Of a DNA stretch of 64,000 nt, positions 1 through 11,792 are shown one piece after another. The stretch is from NCBI GenBank assembly GCA_964057225.1, contig CAXKVF010000081.1, forward strand, positions 248,001-312,000, read 5' to 3'. The translations under genes and the position numbers were made by a program. The notes below the pieces were generated by a model that worked only from the letters and a program-made list of their open reading frames with translations, did not search any database and was not told the origin of the DNA. This DNA is from Auanema rhodensis (lineage: Eukaryota; Animalia; Nematoda). Numbering within the stretch: the first letter of the stretch is position 1; each line of letters opens with the position of its first letter.

Positions 1-352
1 ATAAAAATTTGTTTTTAGACTAATATGGACATGGGGAATCTAATTTTGAAAACCGCATCTCTTTATCTTTCACGTGAAGCGAGTTACATACCGAGTGCAC
101 ATCACGTGTACAATTAATTAGCATAAATTAAAGTTCACGTAAATTTCAAAGTCATGGTTACCATGAACCAATATCAATAAAAATTTGTTTTTAGACTAAT
201 ATGGACATGGGGAATCTAATTTTGAAAACCGCATCTCTTTATCTTTCACGTGAAGCGAGTTACATACCAAGTGCACATCACGTGTACATTTAATTAGCAT
301 AAATTAAAGTTCACGTAAATTTCAAAGTCATGGTTACCATGCACCAATATCA

Positions 353-3300
353 ATAAAAATTTGTTTTTAGACTAATATGGACATGGGGAATCTAATTTTG
401 AAAACCGCATCTCTTTATCTTTCACGTGAAGCAAGTTACATACCAAGTGCACATCACGTGTACATTTAATTAGCATAAATTAAAGTTCACGTAAATTTCA
501 AAGTCATGGTTACCATGCACCAATATCAATAAAAAATTGTTTTTAGACTAATATGGACATGGGGAATCTAATTTTGAAAACCGCATCTCTTTATCTTTCA
601 CGTGAAGCGAGTTACATACCAAGTGCACATCACGTGTACATTTAATTAGCATAAATTAAAGTTCACGTAAATTTCAAAGTCATGGTTACCATGCACCAAT
701 ATCGATAAAAATTTGTTTTTAGACTAATATGGACATGGGGAATCTTATTTTGAAAACCGCATCTTTTTATCTTTCACGTGAAGCGAGTTACATACCAAGT
801 GCACATCACGTGTACATTTAATTAGCATAAATTAAAGTTCACGTAAATTTCAAAGTCATGGTTACCATGCACCAATATCAATAAAAATTTGTTTTTCGAC
901 TAATATGGACATGGGGAATCTAATTTTGAAAACCGCATCTCTTTATCTTTCACGTGAAGCGAGTTACATACCAAGTGCACATCACGTGTACATTTAATTA
1001 GCATAAATTAAAGTTCACGTAAATTTCAAAGTCATGGTTACCATGCACCAATATCAATAAAAATTTGTTTTTAGACTAATATGGACATGAGGAATCTAAT
1101 TTTGAAAACCGCATCTCTTTATCTTTCACGTGAAGCGAGTTACATACCAAGTGCACATCACGTGTACATTTAATTAGCATAAATTAAAGTTCACGTAAAT
1201 TTCAAAGTCATGGTTACCATGCACCAATATCAATAAAAATTTGTTTTTAGACTAATATGGACATGGGGAATCTAATTTTGAAAACCGCATCTCTTTATCT
1301 TTCACGTGAAGCGAATTACATACCAAGTGCACATCACGTGTACATTTAATTAGCATAAATTAAAGTTCACGTAAATTTCAAAGTCATGGTTACCATGCAC
1401 CAATATCAATAAAAATTTGTTTTTAGACTAATATGGACATGGGGAATCTAATTTTGAAAACCGCATCTCTTTATCTTTCACGTGAAGCGAGTTACATACC
1501 AAGTGCACATCACGTGTACATTTAATTAGCATAAATTAAAGTTCACGTAAATTTCAAAGTCATGGTTACCATGCACCAATATCAATAAAAATTTGTTTTT
1601 AGACTAATATGGACATGGGGAATCTAATTTTGAAAACCGCATCTCTTTATCTTTCACGTGAAGCGAGTTACATACCAAGTGCACATCACGTGTACATTTA
1701 ATTAGCATAAATTAAAGTTCACGTAAATTTCAAAGTCATGGTTACCATGCACCAATATCAATAAAAATTTGTTTTTAGACTAATATGGACATGGGGAATC
1801 TAATGTTGAAAACCGCATCTCTTTATCTTTCACGTGAAGCGAGTTACATACCAAGTGCACATCACGTGTACATTTAATTAGCATAAATTAAAGTTCACGT
1901 AAATTTCAAAGTCATGGTTACCATGCACCAATATCAATAAAAATTTGTTTTTAGACTAATATGGACATGGGGAATCTAATTTTGAAAACCGCATCTCTTT
2001 ATCTTTCACGTGAAGCGAGTTACATACCAAGTGCACATCACGTGTACATTTAATTAGCATAAATTGAAGTTCACGTAAATTTCAAAGTCATGGTTACCAT
2101 GAACCAATATCAATGAAAATTTGTTTTTAGACTAATATGGACATGGGGAATCAAATTTTGAAAACCGCATCTCTTTATCTTTCACGTGAAGCAAGTTACA
2201 TACCAAGTGCACATCACGTGTACATTTAATTAGCATAAATTAAAGTTCACGTAAATTTCAAAGTCATGGTTACCATGCACCAATATCAATAAAAAATTGT
2301 TTTTAGACTAATATGGACATGGGGAATCTAATTTTGAAAACCGCATCTCTTTATCTTTCACGTGAAGCGAGTTACATACCAAGTGCACATCACGTGTACA
2401 TTTAATTAGCATAAATTAAAGTTCACGTAAATTTCAAAGTCATGGTTACCATGCACCAATATCGATAAAAATTTGTTTTTAGACTAATATGGACATGGGG
2501 AATCTTATTTTGAAAACCGCATCTTTTTATCTTTCACGTGAAGCGAGTTACATACCAAGTGCACATCACGTGTACATTTAATTAGCATAAATTAAAGTTC
2601 ACGTAAATTTCAAAGTCATGGTTACCATGCACCAATATCAATAAAAATTTGTTTTTCGACTAATATGGACATGGGGAATCTAATTTTGAAAACCGCATCT
2701 CTTTATCTTTCACGTGAAGCGAGTTACATACCAAGTGCACATCACGTGTACATTTAATTAGCATAAATTAAAGTTCACGTAAATTTCAAAGTCATGGTTA
2801 CCATGCACCAATATCAATAAAAATTTGTTTTTAGACTAATATGGACATGAGGAATCTAATTTTGAAAACCGCATCTCTTTATCTTTCACGTGAAGCGAGT
2901 TACATACCAAGTGCACATCACGTGTACATTTAATTAGCATAAATTAAAGTTCACGTAAATTTCAAAGTCATGGTTACCATGCACCAATATCAATAAAAAT
3001 TTGTTTTTAGACTAATATGGACATGGGGAATCTAATTTTGAAAACCGCATCTCTTTATCTTTCACGTGAAGCGAATTACATACCAAGTGCACATCACGTG
3101 TACATTTAATTAGCATAAATTAAAGTTCACGTAAATTTCAAAGTCATGGTTACCATGCACCAATATCAATAAAAATTTGTTTTTAGACTAATATGGACAT
3201 GGGGAATCTAATTTTGAAAACCGCATCTCTTTATCTTTCACGTGAAGCGAGTTACATACCAAGTGCACATCACGTGTACATTTAATTAGCATAAATTAAA

Positions 3301-3872
3301 GTTCACGTAAATTTCAAAGTCATGGTTACCATGCACCAATATCAATAAAAATTTGTTTTTAGACTAATATGGACATGGGGAATCTAATTTTGAAAACCGC
3401 ATCTCTTTATCTTTCACGTGAAGCGAGTTACATACCAAGTGCACATCACGTGTACATTTAATTAGCATAAATTAAAGTTCACGTAAATTTCAAAGTCATG
3501 GTTACCATGCACCAATATCAATAAAAATTTGTTTTTAGACTAATATGGACATGGGGAATCTAATGTTGAAAACCGCATCTCTTTATCTTTCACGTGAAGC
3601 GAGTTACATACCAAGTGCACATCACGTGTACATTTAATTAGCATAAATTAAAGTTCACGTAAATTTCAAAGTCATGGTTACCATGCACCAATATCAATAA
3701 AAATTTGTTTTTAGACTAATATGGACATGGGGAATCTAATTTTGAAAACCGCATCTCTTTATCTTTCACGTGAAGCGAGTTACATACCAAGTGCACATCA
3801 CGTGTACATTTAATTAGCATAAATTAAAGTTCACGTAAATTTCAAAGTCATGGTTACCATGCACCAATATCA
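353..3872 (+). repeat. 10-monomer (1760-bp) higher-order duplication, 2 copies (M3-M12, M13-M22)
   Basis: The ordered variant string G81A / T8A+A176G / A42T+C61T / A17C / G34A / G83A / cons / cons / T45G recurs at +1760 (C61T at 765 and 2525; A17C at 897 and 2657; G34A at 1090 and 2850). Confidence 0.9.
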
Positions 3873-5456
3873 ATAAAAATTTGTTTTTAGACTAAAATGG
3901 ACATGGGGAATCTAATTTTGAAAACCGCATCTCTTTATCTTTCACGTGAAGCGAGTTACATACCAAGTGCACATCACGTGTACATTTAATTAGCATAAAT
4001 TAAAGTTCACGTAAATTTCAAAGTCATGGTTACCATGCACCAATATCAATAAAAATTTGTTTTTAGACTAATATGGACATGGGGAATCTAATTTTGAAAA
4101 CCGCATCTCTTTATCTTTCACGTGAAGCGAGTTACATACCAAGTGCACATCACGTGTACATTTAATTAGCATAAATTAAAGTTCACGTAAATTTCAAAGT
4201 CATGGTTACCATGCACCAATATCAATAAAAATTTGTTTTTAGACTAATATGGACATGGGGAATCTAATTTTGAAAACCGCATCTCTTTATCTTTCACGTG
4301 AAGCGAATTACATACCAAGTGCACATCACGTGTACATTTAATTAGCATAAATTAAAGTTCACGTAAATTTCAAAGTCATGGTTACCATGCACCAATATCA
4401 ATAAAAATTTGTTTTTAGACTAATATGGACATGGGGAATCTAATTTTGAAAACCGCATCTCTTTATCTTTCACGTGAAGCGAGTTACATACCAAGTGCAC
4501 ATCACGTGTACATTTAATTAGCATAAATTAAAGTTCACGTAAATTTCAAAGTCATGGTTACCATGCACCAATATCAATAAAAATTTGTTTTTAGACTAAT
4601 ATGGACATGGGGAATCTAATTTTGAAAACCGCATCTCTTTATCTTTCACGTGAAGCGAGTTACATACCAAGTGCACATCACGTGTACATTTAATTAGCAT
4701 AAATTAAAGTTCACGTAAATTTCAAAGTCATGGTTACCATGCACCAATATCAATAAAAATTTGTTTTTAGACTAATATGGACATGGGGAATCTAATGTTG
4801 AAAACCGCATCTCTTTATCTTTCACGTGAAGCGAGTTACATACCAAGTGCACATCACGTGTACATTTAATTAGCATAAATTAAAGTTCACGTAAATTTCA
4901 AAGTCATGGTTACCATGCACCAATATCAATAAAAATTTGTTTTTAGACTAATATGGACATGGGGAATCTAATTTTGAAAACCGCATCTCTTTATCTTTCA
5001 CGTGAAGCGAGTTACATACCAAGTGCACATCACGTGTACATTTAATTAGCATAAATTAAAGTTCACGTAAATTTCAAAGTCATGGTTACCATGCACCAAT
5101 ATCAATAAAAATTTGTTTTTAGACTAAAATGGACATGGGGAATCTAATTTTGAAAACCGCATCTCTTTATCTTTCACGTGAAGCGAGTTACATACCAAGT
5201 GCACATCACGTGTACATTTAATTAGCATAAATTAAAGTTCACGTAAATTTCAAAGTCATGGTTACCATGCACCAATATCAATAAAAATTTGTTTTTAGAC
5301 TAATATGGACATGGGGAATCTAATTTTGAAAACCGCATCTCTTTATCTTTCACGTGAAGCGAGTTACATACCAAGTGCACATCACGTGTACATTTAATTA
5401 GCATAAATTAAAGTTCACGTAAATTTCAAAGTCATGGTTACCATGAACCAATATCA
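2993..5456 (+). repeat. 7-monomer (1232-bp) higher-order duplication (M18-M24, M25-M31)
   Basis: G83A, cons, cons, T45G, cons, T24A recurs at +1232 (G83A monomers at 2993 and 4225; T45G at 3521 and 4753; T24A at 3873 and 5105). Confidence 0.8.
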
Positions 5457-6336
5457 ATAAAAATTTGGTTTTAGACTAATATGGACATGGGGAATCTAAT
5501 TTTGAAAACCGCATCTCTTTATCTTTCACGTGGAGCGAGTTACATACCAAGTGCACATCACGTGTACATTTAATAAGCATAAATTAAAGTTCACGTAAAT
5601 TTCAAAGTCATGGTTACCATGCACCAATATCAATAAAAATTTGTTTTTAGACTAATATGGACATGGGGAATCTAATTTTGAAAACCGCATCTCTTTATCT
5701 TTCACGTGAAGCGAGTTACATACCAAGTGCACATCACGTGTACATTTAATTAGCATAAATTAAAGTTCACGTAAATTTCAAAGTCATGGTTACCATGCAC
5801 CAATATCGATAAAAATTTGTTTTTAGACTAATATGGACATGGGGAATCTTATTTTGAAAACCGCATCTTTTTATCTTTCACGTGAAGCGAGTTACATACC
5901 AAGTGCACATCACGTGTACATTTAATTAGCATAAATTAAAGTTCACGTAAATTTCAAAGTCATGGTTACCATGCACCAATATCAATAAAAATTTGTTTTT
6001 CGACTAATATGGACATGGGGAATCTAATTTTGAAAACCGCATCTCTTTATCTTTCACGTGAAGCGAGTTACATACCAAGTGCACATCACGTGTACATTTA
6101 ATTAGCATAAATTAAAGTTCACGTAAATTTCAAAGTCATGGTTACCATGCACCAATATCAATAAAAATTTGTTTTTAGACTAATATGGACATGAGGAATC
6201 TAATTTTGAAAACCGCATCTCTTTATCTTTCACGTGAAGCGAGTTACATACCAAGTGCACATCACGTGTACATTTAATTAGCATAAATTAAAGTTCACGT
6301 AAATTTCAAAGTCATGGTTACCATGCACCAATATCA

Positions 6337-9300
6337 ATAAAAATTTGTTTTTAGACTAATATGGACATGGGGAATCTAATTTTGAAAACCGCATCTCTTT
6401 ATCTTTCACGTGAAGCGAATTACATACCAAGTGCACATCACGTGTACATTTAATTAGCATAAATTAAAGTTCACGTAAATTTCAAAGTCATGGTTACCAT
6501 GCACCAATATCAATAAAAATTTGTTTTTAGACTAATATGGACATGGGGAATCTAATTTTGAAAACCGCATCTCTTTATCTTTCACGTGAAGCGAGTTACA
6601 TACCAAGTGCACATCACGTGTACATTTAATTAGCATAAATTAAAGTTCACGTAAATTTCAAAGTCATGGTTACCATGCACCAATATCAATAAAAATTTGT
6701 TTTTAGACTAATATGGACATGGGGAATCTAATGTTGAAAACCGCATCTCTTTATCTTTCACGTGAAGCGAGTTACATACCAAGTGCACATCACGTGTACA
6801 TTTAATTAGCATAAATTAAAGTTCACGTAAATTTCAAAGTCATGGTTACCATGCACCAATATCAATAAAAATTTGTTTTTAGACTAATATGGACATGGGG
6901 AATCTAATTTTGAAAACCGCATCTCTTAATCTTTCACGTGAAGCGAGTTACATACCAAGTGCACATCACGTGTACATTTAATTAGCATAAATTAAAGTTC
7001 ACGTAAATTTCAAAGTCATGGTTACCATGCACCAATATCAATAAAAATTTGTTTTTAGACTAAAATGGACATGGGGAATCTAATTTTGAAAACCGCATCT
7101 CTTTATCTTTCACGTGAAGCGAGTTACATACCAAGTGCACATCACGTGTACATTTAATTAGCATAAATTAAAGTTCACGTAAATTTCAAAGTCATGGTTA
7201 CCATGCACCAATATCAATAAAAATTTGTTTTTAGACTAATATGGACATGGGGAATCTAATTTTGAAAACCGCATCTCTTTATCTTTCACGTGAAGCGAGT
7301 TACATACCAAGTGCACATCACGTGTACATTTAATTAGCATAAATTAAAGTTCACGTAAATTTCAAAGTCATGGTTACCATGAACCAATATCAATAAAAAT
7401 TTGGTTTTAGACTAATATGGACATGGGGAATCTAATTTTGAAAACCGCATCTCTTTATCTTTCACGTGGAGCGAGTTACATACCAAGTGCACATCACGTG
7501 TACATTTAATAAGCATAAATTAAAGTTCACGTAAATTTCAAAGTCATGGTTACCATGCACCAATATCAATAAAAATTTGTTTTTAGACTAATATGGACAT
7601 GGGGAATCTAATTTTGAAAACCGCATCTCTTTATCTTTCACGTGAAGCGAGTTACATACCAAGTGCACATCACGTGTACATTTAATTAGCATAAATTAAA
7701 GTTCACGTAAATTTCAAAGTCATGGTTACCATGAACCAATATCAATGAAAATTTGTTTTTAGACTAATATGGACATGGGGAATCAAATTTTGAAAACCGC
7801 ATCTCTTTATCTTTCACGTGAAGCGAGTTACATACCAAGTGCACATCACGTGTACATTTAATTAGCATAAATTAAAGTTCACGTAAATTTCAAAGTCATG
7901 GTTACCATGAACCAATATCAATGAAAATTTGTTTTCAGACTAATATGGACATGGGGAATCAAATTTTGAAAACCGCATCTCTTTATCTTTCACGTGAAGC
8001 GAGTTACATACCAAGTGCACATCACGTGTACATTTAATTAGCATAAATTAAAGTTCACGTAAATTTCAAAGTCATGGTTACCATGCACCAATATCAATAA
8101 AAATTTGTTTTTAGACTAATATGGACATGGGGAATCTAATTTTGAAAACCGCATCTCTTTATCTTTCACGTGAAGCGAATTACATACCAAGTGCACATCA
8201 CGTGTACATTTAATTAGCATAAATTAAAGTTCACGTAAATTTCAAAGTCATGGTTACCATGCACCAATATCAATAAAAATTTGTTTTTAGACTAATATGG
8301 ACATGGGGAATCTAATTTTGAAAACCGCATCTCTTTATCTTTCACGTGAAGCGAATTACATACCAAGTGCACATCACGTGTACATTTAATTAGCATAAAT
8401 TAAAGTTCACGTAAATTTCAAAGTCATGGTTACCATGCACCAATATCAATAAAAATTTGTTTTTAGACTAATATGGACATGGGGAATCTAATTTTGAAAA
8501 CCGCATCTCTTTATCTTTCACGTGAAGCGAGTTACATACCAAGTGCACATCACGTGTACATTTAATTAGCATAAATTAAAGTTCACGTAAATTTCAAAGT
8601 CATGGTTACCATGCACCAATATCAATAAAAATTTGTTTTTAGACTAATATGGACATGGGGAATCTAATGTTGAAAACCGCATCTCTTTATCTTTCACGTG
8701 AAGCGAGTTACATACCAAGTGCACATCACGTGTACATTTAATTAGCATAAATTAAAGTTCACGTAAATTTCAAAGTCATGGTTACCATGCACCAATATCA
8801 ATAAAAATTTGTTTTTAGACTAATATGGACATGGGGAATCTAATTTTGAAAACCGCATCTCTTAATCTTTCACGTGAAGCGAGTTACATACCAAGTGCAC
8901 ATCACGTGTACATTTAATTAGCATAAATTAAAGTTCACGTAAATTTCAAAGTCATGGTTACCATGCACCAATATCAATAAAAATTTGTTTTTAGACTAAA
9001 ATGGACATGGGGAATCTAATTTTGAAAACCGCATCTCTTTATCTTTCACGTGAAGCGAGTTACATACCAAGTGCACATCACGTGTACATTTAATTAGCAT
9101 AAATTAAAGTTCACGTAAATTTCAAAGTCATGGTTACCATGCACCAATATCAATAAAAATTTGTTTTTAGACTAATATGGACATGGGGAATCTAATTTTG
9201 AAAACCGCATCTCTTTATCTTTCACGTGAAGCGAGTTACATACCAAGTGCACATCACGTGTACATTTAATTAGCATAAATTAAAGTTCACGTAAATTTCA

Positions 9301-11792
9301 AAGTCATGGTTACCATGAACCAATATCAATAAAAATTTGGTTTTAGACTAATATGGACATGGGGAATCTAATTTTGAAAACCGCATCTCTTTATCTTTCA
9401 CGTGGAGCGAGTTACATACCAAGTGCACATCACGTGTACATTTAATAAGCATAAATTAAAGTTCACGTAAATTTCAAAGTCATGGTTACCATGCACCAAT
9501 ATCAATAAAAATTTGTTTTTAGACTAATATGGACATGGGGAATCTAATTTTGAAAACCGCATCTCTTTATCTTTCACGTGAAGCGAGTTACATACCAAGT
9601 GCACATCACGTGTACATTTAATTAGCATAAATTAAAGTTCACGTAAATTTCAAAGTCATGGTTACCATGAACCAATATCAATGAAAATTTGTTTTTAGAC
9701 TAATATGGACATGGGGAATCAAATTTTGAAAACCGCATCTCTTTATCTTTCACGTGAAGCGAGTTACATACCAAGTGCACATCACGTGTACATTTAATTA
9801 GCATAAATTAAAGTTCACGTAAATTTCAAAGTCATGGTTACCATGAACCAATATCAATGAAAATTTGTTTTCAGACTAATATGGACATGGGGAATCAAAT
9901 TTTGAAAACCGCATCTCTTTATCTTTCACGTGAAGCGAGTTACATACCAAGTGCACATCACGTGTACATTTAATTAGCATAAATTAAAGTTCACGTAAAT
10001 TTCAAAGTCATGGTTACCATGCACCAATATCAATAAAAATTTGTTTTTAGACTAATATGGACATGGGGAATCTAATTTTGAAAACCGCATCTCTTTATCT
10101 TTCACGTGAAGCGAATTACATACCAAGTGCACATCACGTGTACATTTAATTAGCATAAATTAAAGTTCACGTAAATTTCAAAGTCATGGTTACCATGCAC
10201 CAATATCAATAAAAATTTGTTTTTAGACTAATATGGACATGGGGAATCTAATTTTGAAAACCGCATCTCTTTATCTTTCACGTGAAGCGAGTTACATACC
10301 AAGTGCACATCACGTGTACATTTAATTAGCATAAATTAAAGTTCACGTAAATTTCAAAGTCATGGTTACCATGCACCAATATCAATAAAAATTTGTTTTT
10401 AGACTAATATGGACATGGGGAATCTAATGTTGAAAACCGCATCTCTTTATCTTTCACGTGAAGCGAGTTACATACCAAGTGCACATCACGTGTACATTTA
10501 ATTAGCATAAATTAAAGTTCACGTAAATTTCAAAGTCATGGTTACCATGCACCAATATCAATAAAAATTTGTTTTTAGACTAATATGGACATGGGGAATC
10601 TAATTTTGAAAACCGCATCTCTTAATCTTTCACGTGAAGCGAGTTACATACCAAGTGCACATCACGTGTACATTTAATTAGCATAAATTAAAGTTCACGT
10701 AAATTTCAAAGTCATGGTTACCATGCACCAATATCAATAAAAATTTGTTTTTAGACTAAAATGGACATGGGGAATCTAATTTTGAAAACCGCATCTCTTT
10801 ATCTTTCACGTGAAGCGAGTTACATACCAAGTGCACATCACGTGTACATTTAATTAGCATAAATTAAAGTTCACGTAAATTTCAAAGTCATGGTTACCAT
10901 GCACCAATATCAATAAAAATTTGTTTTTAGACTAATATGGACATGGGGAATCTAATTTTGAAAACCGCATCTCTTTATCTTTCACGTGAAGCGAGTTACA
11001 TACCAAGTGCACATCACGTGTACATTTAATTAGCATAAATTAAAGTTCACGTAAATTTCAAAGTCATGGTTACCATGAACCAATATCAATAAAAATTTGG
11101 TTTTAGACTAATATGGACATGGGGAATCTAATTTTGAAAACCGCATCTCTTTATCTTTCACGTGGAGCGAGTTACATACCAAGTGCACATCACGTGTACA
11201 TTTAATAAGCATAAATTAAAGTTCACGTAAATTTCAAAGTCATGGTTACCATGCACCAATATCAATAAAAATTTGTTTTTAGACTAATATGGACATGGGG
11301 AATCTAATTTTGAAAACCGCATCTCTTTATCTTTCACGTGAAGCGAGTTACATACCAAGTGCACATCACGTGTACATTTAATTAGCATAAATTAAAGTTC
11401 ACGTAAATTTCAAAGTCATGGTTACCATGAACCAATATCAATGAAAATTTGTTTTTAGACTAATATGGACATGGGGAATCAAATTTTGAAAACCGCATCT
11501 CTTTATCTTTCACGTGAAGCGAGTTACATACCAAGTGCACATCACGTGTACATTTAATTAGCATAAATTAAAGTTCACGTAAATTTCAAAGTCATGGTTA
11601 CCATGAACCAATATCAATGAAAATTTGTTTTCAGACTAATATGGACATGGGGAATCAAATTTTGAAAACCGCATCTCTTTATCTTTCACGTGAAGCGAGT
11701 TACATACCAAGTGCACATCACGTGTACATTTAATTAGCATAAATTAAAGTTCACGTAAATTTCAAAGTCATGGTTACCATGCACCAATATCA
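6337..11792 (+). repeat. 10-monomer HOR, 3 copies (M37-46, M48-57, M58-67), with one extra G83A monomer (M47)
   Basis: Private marker T64A at 6928, 8864 and 10624 (spacings 1936 and 1760). The full string G83A / cons / T45G / T64A / T24A / C166A / T12G+A77G+T119A / C166A / A3G+T41A+C166A / A3G+T16C+T41A is the same in all three copies. Confidence 0.93.

Noticed and set aside
1-176. Tandem 5S rRNA, tRNA, snRNA or spliced-leader gene unit
   Set aside because: I see no recognisable 5S, tRNA cloverleaf/A-B box, U snRNA or SL sequence on either strand. An Rfam/Infernal scan would be the formal test.
1-176. Assignment to known satellites of about 171-178 bp (alpha satellite, CEN178, CentBr, honeybee AluI) or presence of a CENP-B box
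   Set aside because: Only the length is similar. The consensus has no AAGCTT or AGCT site and no TTCG....A..CGGG motif, and I recognise no sequence similarity.
101-176. Budding-yeast point centromere (CDEI-CDEII-CDEIII)
   Set aside because: ATCACGTG matches CDEI, but no long >90% AT CDEII or proper CDEIII follows, and point centromeres are not tandemly arrayed.
176-181. AATAAA polyadenylation signal at each monomer junction
   Set aside because: It is expected by chance in AT-rich DNA, is often destroyed by the common A3G variant, and has no transcript evidence.
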